Below the pieces are notes generated by a model. That model made no database searches and was not told where the DNA came from. It saw only the letters and a program-made list of their open reading frames with translations. A DNA stretch of 64,000 nt from assembly GCF_000142905.1 (NCBI RefSeq), contig NW_013657673.1, positions 186,001-250,000 of the forward strand, read 5' to 3'. Below, piece by piece: positions 35,890 through 46,956 of this stretch. How positions within the stretch are numbered: the first letter of the stretch is position 1; each line of letters starts with the position of its first letter. Origin of the DNA: Thecamonas trahens ATCC 50062. Taxonomy: Eukaryota; Protista; Apusomonadida. The position numbers were made by a program, and so were the translations under genes.

Positions 35890-36383
35890 TCACCGTGCCC
35901 GGACCTGTGCCACGACCCGCGCCGCGTCGAGCTCGCCGCGAACTGAGGTGACCAGGTTGTCAAGCACCAAGTAGGTGACGTCGGTGGCAAGCCAGAGGAG
36001 GCAGGCCATGGCGCGCCCTTGCGGGCAGCCACGAGGTCAAAGGCATTGTTGATGTGAAAGGTGAGGCTCGAGTTGTCGCCGGCACGGAGGACGTCGTAAA
36101 CAACGCCTTCGGCGTCCAGCCGCTCGCAGAGCTTGGTCTGGATCTTGTCGATGACAGCCGAGCCCACGCTTCGTTTGGCGGCATTCGTCAGCCGCGCCAT
36201 AAAGCCCGTCGCAGGTACCGCCTTGGCCTTGGGAATGGTGACGATGAGCACGCCCTGGAAGCCTCGCGGGAGGACGGCGGCCGAGACGGCTCGGGCCACT
36301 CCCATTCCCACCACCACCACAGCTGCCACCACAGCTGCCAGTCCTCCCCAGCCCATGCCCTCTGCAGCAGCGACAGCTTCCAT
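35890..36383 (-). CDS. Hypothetical small protein with N-terminal TM helix; probable -1 frameshift near 36012
   Basis: MEAVAAAEGMGWGGLAAVVAAVVVVGMG..., continuing as AMACLLWLATDVTYLVLDNL...RAR* in the shifted frame. Confidence 0.5.
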
Positions 36384-36642
36384 GTAACAAGTGTGTGTAC
36401 GTGTGTGGGAGGCGGACAAGTGTGGCGCAGGCTGGTGAGTTTGGTCTCTTTGCCGCTGCAGCGACAGCTTGCGTGCTCGGCGCCCCGGGTATGCGAGTTG
36501 CGACGACTGAAGGCTTGATGCGTAGAGTAGAGACCAGCAGGTATGCGATGGAGGCCGGAGAGGGAGGGAGGAGGATGGGGGATGGGCAGCAGCGCGCGGT
36601 GCAAGCAGGGCGCGGCGGCACATGGAGCATGCGCGGGCCATG

Positions 36643-37283
36643 TCAAAGGAGAGAGCACTTGCGCTTGGACGGGGCGCGTTCGACGCCTTCGAGCGCAGCA
36701 CGTGCTGCGGTCTGGAACACAGTGTTCACGTTGACGTCGCTCAGCGCCGAGCACTCGATATAAGAAGCAGCGCCGATAGCAGCGGCAGCAGCCTTTGCTT
36801 CTTCGGGCGACACCGTGGGCTCTGTGGACGACTCGCGGAGGTCTGACTTGGTGCCGATGAGAAGGATGGGTGCACTGGGGCAAAAGTGCTGCACCTCATC
36901 CTTCCACTTGAGATGGACGTTCTTGAGCGTGTCTGGGCGGACGACTGAAAATGCGATGAGCACAACCGAGGTGTCGGTGTAAGAGAGCGGGCGCAGGCGG
37001 TCGTAATCTGTGTCCGCAAGTGATGTGAGTGAGGGGCTTGTGGGCGCGGGGGGTGAGCAAGGGCAGGCAGCGGCAGCTTGGACATACCCTCCTGGCCAGC
37101 AGTATCCCACAGTGAGAGCTCGATGTCGACGTCGTCGATGGTGATGTCGACAATGGTCGAGTCAAAGACAGTTGGGATGTATGCGGTCTGGAACTCGCCC
37201 TTGGCGTAGCGCAGCAGGAGGCATGTCTTGCCCACCGACCCGTCACCCACAATGACCAGCTTGCGGGCAACCACGTTGGTCAT
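36643..37283 (-). CDS. Rho-family small GTPase (RhoA/Rho1-like); intron 37008-37087
   Basis: KLVIVGDGSVGKT, YIPTVF, LWDTAGQE|DYDRLRPLSY, GTKSDLR, ECSA, CAAX box CSLL. Confidence 0.95.
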
Positions 37284-37572
37284 GACGGTGGTGGTGGAGG
37301 ATGGAGAGGGTGGAGAGGTGGGATGGGGTGAGGTGTACCGCGGACGGCCGTGGTGGCCGTGCTCCTGGTGGTCGTCCTGGTGGTGGTCCTGGTGGTGATG
37401 GTGGACGGTGGTGCGGGGGTACCAAGTTGGCCGGTTGGCGGACTCTGCTGGTCTTGCTCGCTGGCGAGATGGCTGGCGAGATAGGACTGGTTTGACATCG
37501 GCTGAGGCTCTTTCCGAGTCCAATCATCGCCAATGAAGGACAAAGAGTGGCTCACATCGCCATGGTGTATGT

Positions 37573-37574
<2 letters not shown>

Positions 37575-37624
<50 letters not shown>

Positions 37625-37650
37625 CCCCCCCCCCCTCCCCCCCCCCCCCC
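37575..37650. repeat. (CT)n microsatellite followed by poly-C tracts
   Basis: Directly visible in the divergent Rho / cytochrome b561 spacer. Confidence 0.95.
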
Positions 37651-37979
37651 GAGTCTTGATCGAGGCTGCAATCCTCAGAGGTCTTGGTATACGTAACAGA
37701 GGCGAGCAATCTATAGCCCGGCCTTGACCCAGCCACCTCGGCATAACCTCGATTACATCCGACAAGGCATGTGGCACTCTTGCCCATCCTGGCTCGGGAG
37801 GGGGCTGCGGGGGGGGTCAGGATTGGGTTGGGACGCAGGGCTTGCGCAAGCGGCGGTTGGTGGAATGCACCTGTCAACAAGTTTGTTGCATGCGCGGGCG
37901 GGGGAACCGAAGCAACAACAGCAATGAGGGGGCTGCGGGACGCAAAACGTCTCTTGCAACACAAGGCTTGTTCATAACG

Positions 37980-38783
37980 ATGCTTCGCACGCGTACCCTG
38001 CTGCACGCAATGACCCGTGCGGTCTCTGCAGCTGCTGTGGCGTCGGCCCCACGACCGCCTCTCGCCACTCTTGCGTCGCCGTCGCTCGCTGCTGCCCGTG
38101 CCTTTGCCACTCGGCCCGCTACCTCTGCCGCCTCTGGTGGGGAGACCGCGTCGAACACGCCGCCGCCACCGCCGCCGCCACCGCAGGCCGAGGCCTGGTC
38201 GCGACCGGCGCAGATCCTGCACTGGGCCATGGGCTTTACCATTGTCGGCCTGGTCGGCTCGGGCTGGCTCGCCGGGCAAATCCCCAACGATCCGGAGAAG
38301 ACCGACGAGAAGACGCTTGCGTGGCGGTCGACAATGATGCACTACCATGAGTCGTTTGGCTTGCTCATGCTCGCCGCCATTGTCCCGCGCATCGCCATCC
38401 GGTTTATGCACAAGGCGCCCAAGCAGCTGCCCGGCCCTGCGTGGGAGCATCTCGCCGGCAACCTCTCGCATGCCGCGCTCTACGGCGCCATGATCTTCAT
38501 GCCGGTCTCCGGCCTCGCATTTGGCTACTACTCGTGCTGGGGCGTCCCGTTCTTTGCATGGAACGTGCCCGGCCTGCCGAAGGAGCAGTACGACGAGCGG
38601 GCCAAGGCCATCGAAGACTTCTTCTACACCAACCACCACCGCGTGGGCCAGGTGCTCGAGTACCTCGTCCCGCTCCACATCGGTGCCGTCGGCTACCACC
38701 ATCTGCTCCGTGGTCACAACTTGCTTGGCCGGATGAACCCCTTTGCCGCCAAGGTCGTCTCCGAGACCGCCAAAAAGGTGTAG
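37980..38783 (+). CDS. Bacterial-type di-heme cytochrome b561 (CybB / superoxide oxidase family) with mitochondrial-type presequence
   Basis: ILHW, YHESFG, PRI..R, SHAALY..MPVSG, NHH, LHIGA..YHH...LLGRM match CybB. N-terminal ~50 aa are Arg/Ala/Ser/Thr-rich and lack acidic residues. Confidence 0.85.
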   Translation: MLRTRTLLHAMTRAVSAAAVASAPRPPLATLASPSLAAARAFATRPATSAASGGETASNTPPPPPPPPQAEAWSRPAQILHWAMGFTIVGLVGSGWLAGQIPNDPEKTDEKTLAWRSTMMHYHESFGLLMLAAIVPRIAIRFMHKAPKQLPGPAWEHLAGNLSHAALYGAMIFMPVSGLAFGYYSCWGVPFFAWNVPGLPKEQYDERAKAIEDFFYTNHHRVGQVLEYLVPLHIGAVGYHHLLRGHNLLGRMNPFAAKVVSETAKKV

Positions 38784-38785
38784 CG

Positions 38786-39140
38786 CTCAGCGCTGATGCC
38801 GATGCTTGTCGGCTTGCGCTGCTTGGTGAAGATAAAGCGCACACACCCTTTTGCAACCTATCTTCCTCTCGTCGAGCGCCAGGCCACGAGCTGGCATGTA
38901 CACCGCTCTCGACTGCTCGTTGATCATGTCGAGCAGAGGCGAGTATTCCAGAGAGGATCAACCACGCGCGCGTCGGCGTCGAAAGCCGCATTGTTCACGA
39001 GGTGGACGTGGGCCATGATGGCGCGGAAGAGCGTGTCCGGTACATGCGACTTGGCCGCCTCGTTGCCCAGACTTAACTTGTTCGACCTTTAGTCACGCCG
39101 GCAGTTTACCTTTGCTGACGGCGATCAGCTTTGTCTGCAT
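38786..39140 (-). pseudogene. Degraded piggyBac (DDE_Tnp_1_7) transposase fragment
   Basis: Manual minus-strand translation: RRD*RS...LFRAIMAHVHLVNN...DPLWNTR/PLLDMINEQSRAVYMPARGLALDERKIGCK/...RKPTSIGI. Matches the piggyBac pattern RF..I...LH..DN...D.L.K.RPL.D.LN.....Y.P...LS.DE...KP.K.GIK, with one stop and two frameshifts. Confidence 0.75.
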
Positions 39141-39490
39141 CTTGTTGTGCGAGCGCGCGTAGCGGTTGGTCTTAAGCAACATCTGATCCACCATCTCACC
39201 CGTCAAGAACAGGGGCGACACGTGGCACAGTGCAAGGATCGCCCCACAAGCTCCAGGGGCAAGATGGCCCCAAAAGGTTCAGTGTATGGTCACGCGCGCA
39301 GTCAAACGCGTCGGACAATCACGCGTGGCCCTGCTTCTCCTACACTGGGACGGTTAAGCCGGATCGCCACTGGCAGTGGCACCCCCCCCCCCCACCCACC
39401 CACCCACCCACCCACCTTTCGATATCAAGAGGTGCTTGGTGCACGGAGTGAGCATACTTGGGGGGGAGTGCGAAGCTAGAGTGGAAAAGC

Positions 39491-39580
39491 TGAAACAGCC
39501 CACCACTGCCCCTCAGCGACTACATATATGTAGTCGACTACATATATGTAGTCGCTGAGGGGCAGTGGTGGGCTGTTTCA
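39491..39580. mobile_element. Perfect 90-bp palindromic element (MITE-like) with TG...CA termini and AAAGC target-site duplication
   Basis: 39491-39535 is the exact reverse complement of 39536-39580. AAAGC occurs at 39486-39490 and 39581-39585. Confidence 0.8.
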
Positions 39581-39771
39581 AAAGCACCATGTCCGTTCAA
39601 AGAGAAACCACACACACGTGATACCGTCATATGCGACATTACTCACGTTGTATACACGTGAATGTTTGCAGATGCGACCGCCGCGACGCATTCAAAAGTG
39701 CCGTGGCAGACCAAACAAAGCGGGTCACACCTACGTCCACACACCACACTCGATTCTTCTGCTTTATCAGG

Positions 39772-40810
39772 ATGCCGAACTTCAACCCTGTGGCCATTGC
39801 CGGCGCTGCTGTACGCACACGCCCCTTGCCCCTCCCTCTTCCCAACTTATCACCCTGTAGCATAGCCAGCCCACAGCCTCCATCCCCCTCTACGCCCACT
39901 TTGTCAACAAAGTCACAGTGGGGAAAAAAGCTCCCGACAGAGATCCTCCACCGTTGCGCAACGGCGACCCGACAACACTGAGCCAGTCAGCCATGCAAGG
40001 GCACAAGGGCACACAAGGAAGACTCACATAATTGGGAGGACGGGGACAGTGCGCAACCATCACGTTCTTCTTCCTCATCGGATACCTTGCTGGAGTAAGT
40101 TTGTACATTGGGTCGCACCACCCGCAAGTGCGGGGGAAGACGGGAGGGGAGAGGGGATTGCAGCACGTGTGACTGGTCACTTCGAGCCACGTTGCGCAAG
40201 TCACGGCTGGGCATCATACGCACACTCACACATACCATCTTTCATGCGTCTGGTCGTTCCGCTACCTCAACAGCCGGTCTTCCACATCACCCAGGCTTCG
40301 ACTGATAGCGATCTTTACTGGGGTAAGGTTGTCAACAAGTCGCCGAGTTCCTCTTCGTCGTCCAAGCTCGACAAGGACAACGAGAACGTGAAGAAGGTGC
40401 TTGACGCCGGTGTCTCATTTGCGGTCTTTGCCTTTCTCGCCTCGATCGGTGCGCTTGTGGGCGCGCTGCTGTATGGTGTGCTCTCGGCCGAGTCGCCGCT
40501 CGACTCGAGCTTGACTAAGATCATCACTCTCGCCTCTGCTGCTGTCCTCATCTTCTGCCTCTTCATCTCGCTGGTGGTTGTCGGTGCTGCCGTCCCCGGC
40601 GGCCTCAAGAAGGACTGCGAGAAGAACCCGGCCGCGAACTGCAACGCCGGTTACTACAAGAGCTTCAACGGCAAGGAGAACGGTGCGTCGTGGCGCGGTG
40701 GTGACGGCTACATCGTCGGCTGCCTGGCCCTGCCGTTTGCTATCGTCGTCCTTGTCATGCCATTCATTTTCAGCCCCGATGATGCCCCGGCTGCGAGTGC
40801 CGCCGCCTGA
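39772..40810 (+). CDS. 4-TM claudin/amastin-like surface protein; exons 39772-39810, 40050-40094, 40274-40810
   Basis: Phase-0 introns GTACGC..ACAG and GTAAGT..ACAG give MPNFNPVAIAGAACATITFFFLIGYLAGPVFH...LYWG..., three further TMs and a G.GY motif before the last TM. Confidence 0.6.
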
Positions 40811-40829
40811 GTGAGAAGTAACACGACAG

Positions 40830-41373
40830 CTACAGCTCAAACTCGTCGTCGTCGCCGAGGCTAAGGTCGCCGAGGTCCAGGTCATCGTCACCATCGAGGC
40901 CGAGGTCGTCAAGTCCGAAATCGTCGTCGTCGTCGTCAAGACCGAGCAGGTCGTCGTCGTCGTCGTCACTTAGCCCGAGGTCGAGGTCGAGCTCGTCGCT
41001 TCCTCCCGCCCCTACCTCAGCAACGTTGTCTCCCAGCGACAGGTCGAGATCGTCATCGTTGTCGAGCAAGCTTCCCAGCGAGTCGTCCTTGGAAGGCGAC
41101 AGCTCGAGTTCCAGTTCCAGTTCCAGCTCGTCGTTGTCTGGCGTCTTTTCCGGCGTCGCCTCGATCACGGGCTGGGGCTCGGGCTCGGGCTTGGCCTCCA
41201 CAACAGGCTCGGGCTCGGGCTTTGGCTCGGGTTTGGCCTCCACGATAGGCTCGGGCTCGGGCTTTGGCTCGGGCTTGGCCTCCACGATAGGCTCGGGCTC
41301 GGGCTCGGGCTTGGCCTCCACAATAGGCTCGGGCTCGGGCTCGGGCTTTGGCTCGGGCTTGGCCTCCACAGCA

Positions 41374-41407
<34 letters not shown>

Positions 41408-42467
41408 TGGCCTCCACAATAGGCTCGGGCTCGGGCTCGAGCTCGCCATCCTCGACAGTGTACTCTGAGTATTCGTCCAAGTACATCTCATCGCCGTGCT
41501 CTGTCGCAGCCACCGGCCGGGTGTCGGCCAGACCGGGGTCGGCCGAGGCCGGCGGCGGATCAAAGAAGACCGAGGTCGGGATCTCCGCTCCCTTGCCGAA
41601 CGGGTTATCTCGGCTGGCCGGCTCCCACATGGTCTTAAAGGCGCGCGCTCGAGGGGCAAGCGGCCCGCGCTTCTGAAAGGCCTTACGCCGGGTGTGAGCC
41701 CGGACATAGCCGTGATCGTACTCGGTCGGCCCATCGTCGCCAAAGATAGCAACCTTCAGAAAGTCGATCAGGCCGCTGCTGTAGCGGGCAAAGCCGAGGG
41801 CAGTGAGCGAACGAATGACCCGGACGACGATGGCGTCAAAGGAGGACGACGAGGCAAACTTGCGCCCGCGCCGCTGCCAGAGGCCCTCGGAGTCTGCGGC
41901 GCCGATCTCGCCGGTCACCTCGTCGCGGAGCTCAAGGCCGATAAAGCGGAGGAAGAGGCGGAAGGCACGAACAAGGCGGTTGGCAATGAAGATGTCCTTG
42001 GTCATGAGCAAAGCCTCGGGCTTGGAGAGTGGTGAGGCGTGGGCGTTGACGCCGCGCGAGCCGATGGTGGGGAAGAGCCACGAGAAGACGTCACGGTTGG
42101 CCGAGAGGAAGCCAAAGTCATCCCACCACAGCCCAAGCGCAGTGTCGACAAAGTCCGCATGCGGGAGCGGCGGGTATGTGTTCGAGTAGAACTTCCAGTT
42201 GACGTATCGGTCGCGCTCGTACAGCCGCAGCTCGTGTTGCAGCTCCTCCACAGGGTCGGCCACCGCCACCGTTGCCGGCGAGGTGTGGAAGAGCATGGCG
42301 TCGACAGGCTGCTTGCTCGACCGCCACCTCCGCAGCCGCGTCCGCTCACGCACCTCGGCTGCCGGGGAGGAGAAGGTGTACATGACCTGCTGGTCGAGTG
42401 AGGTGGCGTGGGGTGCCTGTGGTGGGGGTAAAGGGCTGGCCTCTTCAGCTGGGTGGCGGCCTGGCAT
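40830..42467 (-). CDS. OGFr (opioid growth factor receptor) conserved-domain protein with Glu-Pro repeats and acidic tail
   Basis: NWKFYSN, FSWLFP...[28 protein letters not shown] match OGFr_N. (K)[11 protein letters not shown] repeats at about 41170-41440. Confidence 0.75.
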
Positions 42468-42558
42468 GTCGGCGGCCGACGAACGCGGGGACGACAGCAG
42501 GGAGTGTGTGGGCAAAGGGCAGAGTTTGGAAAAGAAGAAGAAGTCGTGCAAGTGGACG

Positions 42559-45176
42559 CTAGACCCAAGTGGTGGCAAGAGACGAGAGGCCGTTGGCGAT
42601 GGTGGCGGCGTCCGAAGCTTCCGAGACGACCTTGCGGATGGCGACTGTCTTATCTTCAGCCGACCGGTACCAGGCGTCGAGGACGGTGTCGACCATGGCC
42701 TTGAAGGCCTCGACGTCGACGACGGGGCCCATACGGTTGCGAGCAGCCGGAGTCGGTACGACAACGCGCTTGAGCGTGGGAATGAGCTCGACGACCGTGG
42801 CGTCACCGAGCCACTCACGCATGGCGCCGCCAGAGAACTCACCATCGGCGACCATGACGTTGTGCGCATGGACGGCACCGTGGACAAAGCCTGCCGCGTG
42901 GAGGGCGGCCAGACCAGCGGCGGCGTCGGCAAGGACGTGGGTGACGGCCGCCAGCGGTGCCGGTGCCGTCGGCGCCTGCCGCCGCAGCTCGCGCCCGAGC
43001 GTCGTGTGCGCCTCGGGGTAGACGAGGACAACCGAGAGCGACCCGTTGTCGGGCGCCTTGTCCACCACGTGGACCGCCAGCGGCGCCACAAGCGTCCGCG
43101 ACGCCGCGCTGAGCGCAGCCGCCCCGGAAAAGAGCTCGACCATGACCGAGTCGAACGACGCCCGCGTCGCGCCCATCGCCAGCAGCGCCGTTGAGTGTGC
43201 GTTGGGCAGCAAGTCGACTACCTTGGCCACCAGCGCTGCGTCGGTCGAGCTCAGTCGATACGTCGCCGTGCCCAGGAGTGTTGCAGAGCCCATAAACTGT
43301 GCATGCCGTCCGGCTTCGCCACACATGTGCGCCGCCATCGCCAGCGGGATGCTGCCCTCCAGCTCGAGCCCGGCCTCGCCAGCAATCGCCTCCACCGACG
43401 GCAGTTCGACACCCACCAGCGCCTGCAGCCGCTCAAGTCGCTCAGTCAGCTCCGGTGAGCGAGCACCAAACGAGTTGGCGAGCTCCACAATCCGTGGGAC
43501 TACAGAGACGTGCGAGTTGTACTCGGCAAATGCGGCTTCGGATTCCTCAGACTGCGAAATGAGCAGAAACATTAGATCCAGTGATGCCGTCAGCGCAGAT
43601 GGATCCGTCGCGTTGAGCGCAGACGACGAGGCGGCTTGAAAGTGTGAGTGGGTGACAGAGATCGACGACTGCGTTGTTGTCGTCGTCGTCGTTGTCCGTC
43701 GCACCACCGTTGACTTTGTCCCGCGCGGTGACGCTGCCGGCGACGACGCCGCAGACGACGTTGCAGACGACGATGAAGCCGCTGCCGCTGTCGCTGCCGC
43801 TGCCGCACGCTCAGCAGCCTCTGCAGCCTGCAGCTCAGCTTCCGCCGCAGCCTCGGCGGCGGCTGCCTCTTCCTCGGCACGCCTGGCCGCCTCGCGAACA
43901 GCCTTTTTGGCTGCCTCGTGCTCCTTGGCCTCGCGCTGCGCCTTCTCCTCGGCCTCGCGCTGCGCCTTCTCCTCGGCCTCACGCTGCGCCTTCTCCTCGG
44001 CCTCGCGCTGCGCCTTCTCCTCGGCCTCACGCTTCGCCTTCTCCTCGGCTTCGCGCTGCGCCTTCTCCTCGGCCTCACGCTTCGCCTTCTCCTCGGCTTC
44101 GCGCTGCGCCTTTTCCTCGGCCTCGCGCTGTGCCTTCTCCTTGGCCTCACGCTCAGCAGCTGCCTCGTCTTCGAGCGCGGCGGCAGCAGCGGCAGCGGCT
44201 TCAGCGGCCTCGATAGCGGCCAGCTCGGCGGCGAACGCATCTTCGGCTGCGGAAGCATCAAGCGCCGACACCTCGGTGGACTTCTTCTTGTCCTTCTTCT
44301 TGTCCTTCTTCTTGCCCTTTTTCTTGCCGGCGGCCTTTTCCTCGGCCTTCTGGCGCTCGACCGACTCGGCCATGGTCTGCAACATAGCCGAGACCTTGTC
44401 GACATGCTCGTCATGCATGGACTCGGGGCGGACGCCGATGACCTGCTTCTCGCCGTCGATCTTGATCCGGAACTCCAGGAGCTGAGCGCCTCATCCTTGA
44501 GCGACCAACCACGGACGTCGGTGTAGCGGTGGACGGCGCCGTCGCGCCGCTCAAACCCGTCCTCGCGGAGCTTCCACACCACCGGGAAGCTGGCTCCAGC
44601 GTCCGGACCGGAGAGCACCTCTTCCACCACCGCGTAGCAGTTTGCAGCCTGGCTGGTGCTGGTTTCGGTGACCGTCGTCGTCATTTTTGTCGTCGTCGTC
44701 GTCGTCGTTGTCCGCTTCGACGTCGACGTCGCGCCGTCTGCCGCCGAATACTCGCCCGACGAAGAATCACCGGCCGACGGCACGCCCTCTTCCATAGCGT
44801 CCTTACACGCCGGATGGCCGGCCACCAGGGCCAGCGGCGTCTTACCGGCATCGTTGCGGATGGAGGCATCGCCGCCGTAGCCGATGAGCAAGCGGATGAG
44901 GTCCTCGTTCTGCAACATGCCAGCAATGTGCAGCGGGGTGTTGCCGTTGGCGTCGGTGGTGTTGACCAGGCCCTGGAGAGCAAACTCGTCGGCCAGTTCC
45001 TGGGTGTAAGCCGGCAAGCCAAGCGAGGTGGCCACATGCAGCAGCGTCCCACCCATCTTGGGGTGTCTCACCACGCTCACCGTTGCCTTGTCGAGCTTCT
45101 TGCGGCACACTGTGAGGTCGCCTGACGCCACAGCCTTGCAAGCCTGCTTGTGCTGCTTGTGGGTCAGCTCGGCCAT
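42559..45176 (-). CDS. Ankyrin repeats + PH-like segment + charged single-alpha-helix repeats + degenerate kinase-like domain; -1 frameshift near 44485
   Basis: [22 protein letters not shown]; (AEEKAQ/KRE)n; C-terminal [22 protein letters not shown] resembles a kinase catalytic loop lacking the Asp. Confidence 0.7.
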
Positions 45177-45428
45177 GTTCTCTTCTCCAGGGGGGTGGGG
45201 GTGGAGGGGGGGGGGTGTTGGGAAGGATGAGAAGGGGTAGGGTGGCACCGGGGTTAGGAGAACTGCTGCTACCTATGGTGGGACGAGTGGGCCCAGTCTG
45301 GTGGTCGTCTCGTCTCCCTGTTGGTGGACGGCTTGGGGCTGACTTTGCCACAGGGACTGTGACTATTTGGTTGTTCCGGGGGAAAGTGGGGGGGAAGGGG
45401 GAAAGGGGGGGGGGGGGGGGGGGGGGGG

Positions 45429-45528
45429 NNNNNNNNNNNNNNNNNNNNNNNNNNNNNNNNNNNNNNNNNNNNNNNNNNNNNNNNNNNNNNNNNNNNNNNN
45501 NNNNNNNNNNNNNNNNNNNNNNNNNNNN
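45429..45528. other. Assembly gap (100 N) flanked by poly-G
   Basis: N run directly visible. Confidence 1.
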
Positions 45529-45792
45529 GGGGGGGGGGGGGAGGGGCATCACCATCACCACCGCAATCATCACCATCACCACCGCAATCATCACCACCAT
45601 CATCATCATCCATCATCACCATACCATCGTCACCATCACCATCATTTTCTCTTCTGCCAGTCCACACACACCCATCCCATGCCCGGCTTGGGATGACTGT
45701 TCCCCGCGCGGCAGCCATGATCATAGCCACGGCATCGACGTGATGATCGTTGCGACACACTCCACTGCGCCCGCGGCTACGCCGGGGCAACC

Positions 45793-46956
45793 ATGGCTCG
45801 CCCCCAATCGCCACTCCCACCCCCGGCCCTCCCTACTATTCGCTCAACTTCCTTGCTCTCGTTGGCTGCTGCACGCGCAAGACGGAAGCGCGATGAGCTG
45901 GCAGCAGCGGTAGCGCTGGCGTCATGGCACGCTGTTGCTGCTGATGAGCTCGCGGTCACTGCCGCCATGGTCGCCCTCGAGCGCCGCCTCGCCGCCCGTG
46001 ATGTGGCCCAGGGCATCGCTAGCGCCTTGGTTGAATATCTCGACGCCACATTGAGCCATGAGACTGACAGTCGTATCGGCCTGGATCTTCTCGACGAGAG
46101 CTCGCGTGCCCGTGCTGACGTCGTCCGCGTCGTCCGCTCGGCCCAGCTCGCCGCCCCCGAGCGCTCAGCCTGGCATCCGCTCCTTGTTGCCCAACTTTCC
46201 CATGGCCCAGCGGCTGCCGCCTATGCTGCATGTCGTGCAGGTGATGGCATTGTCGAGCGCGGACTGTTCTTTGCCGTCCCGACCGCGGCACTGCCGTCCC
46301 TTGCCGCCTTTGCCGCGACGGCTGCTTGGGACGTCGATCCGATGGCCGCGGCAGCAGATGCTGGCTGGTTCGTCACCGATTGGGGAGGGAGTACTGCAGA
46401 GCCGGTGGTCTTACAAGAGCTGCTTACCCGTGCAGGTATGGCGCCGGCTGATGCTGTCCCATCGCAGCTTGTCCGTAGCCTCTCATCCGGTCCCGATGGT
46501 GCTGCAGGTGAGAGCATGGCTTCTGCCACGGCCGCTATGTGGCGCATGCTCGGCGACGAGAACGACAGCGACGGATCGGCCGACCTGGGCATCGACGAGA
46601 TGGCCGATGCACGGCTATGCTGGTGGATCCTCGCCCGTGCTGCACTTACCTCTGCCGAGGAGGCCGAAGCCGCAACCAGTGGCGTGTGGTCAGTGGCAGA
46701 CCCTGCGCGCCGGCTGCTGCCGGAGTTCTTTATACTCTGCGAGAACGAGCATCTCGCCACTGCTGATGCGGACCCTGTTCATACGGTTCCGCCTCGCGTG
46801 GGTCTCGCCCGGCCTCGCGCCCTCGATCCCCATGCTCGCCACGACAAGCTCGCCGCCCGCTTTGTCCTCGCCGAGCAGTTGACCCAGGTCCGGGCCCGGT
46901 ACGCGGTTGTCCGCGCTGGCCTCGAGGCTTCACTCAACGCTTCGGCGGCGGTCTAG
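45793..46956 (+). CDS. Hypothetical Ala-rich protein
   Basis: 387-aa ATG-initiated ORF with coding-like composition. No recognised domain. Confidence 0.55.
   Translation: MARPQSPLPPPALPTIRSTSLLSLAAARARRKRDELAAAVALASWHAVAADELAVTAAMVALERRLAARDVAQGIASALVEYLDATLSHETDSRIGLDLLDESSRARADVVRVVRSAQLAAPERSAWHPLLVAQLSHGPAAAAYAACRAGDGIVERGLFFAVPTAALPSLAAFAATAAWDVDPMAAAADAGWFVTDWGGSTAEPVVLQELLTRAGMAPADAVPSQLVRSLSSGPDGAAGESMASATAAMWRMLGDENDSDGSADLGIDEMADARLCWWILARAALTSAEEAEAATSGVWSVADPARRLLPEFFILCENEHLATADADPVHTVPPRVGLARPRALDPHARHDKLAARFVLAEQLTQVRARYAVVRAGLEASLNASAAV

Noticed and set aside
40830-43091. Single 753-aa ORF, or fusion of the OGFr gene with the upstream ankyrin gene
   Set aside because: The 5' part overlaps the ankyrin gene in another frame, and no convincing splice acceptor precedes ATG 42467.
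45215-45913. ORFs spanning the N gap
   Set aside because: Artefacts of the gap plus low-complexity (CAT/CAC) sequence.
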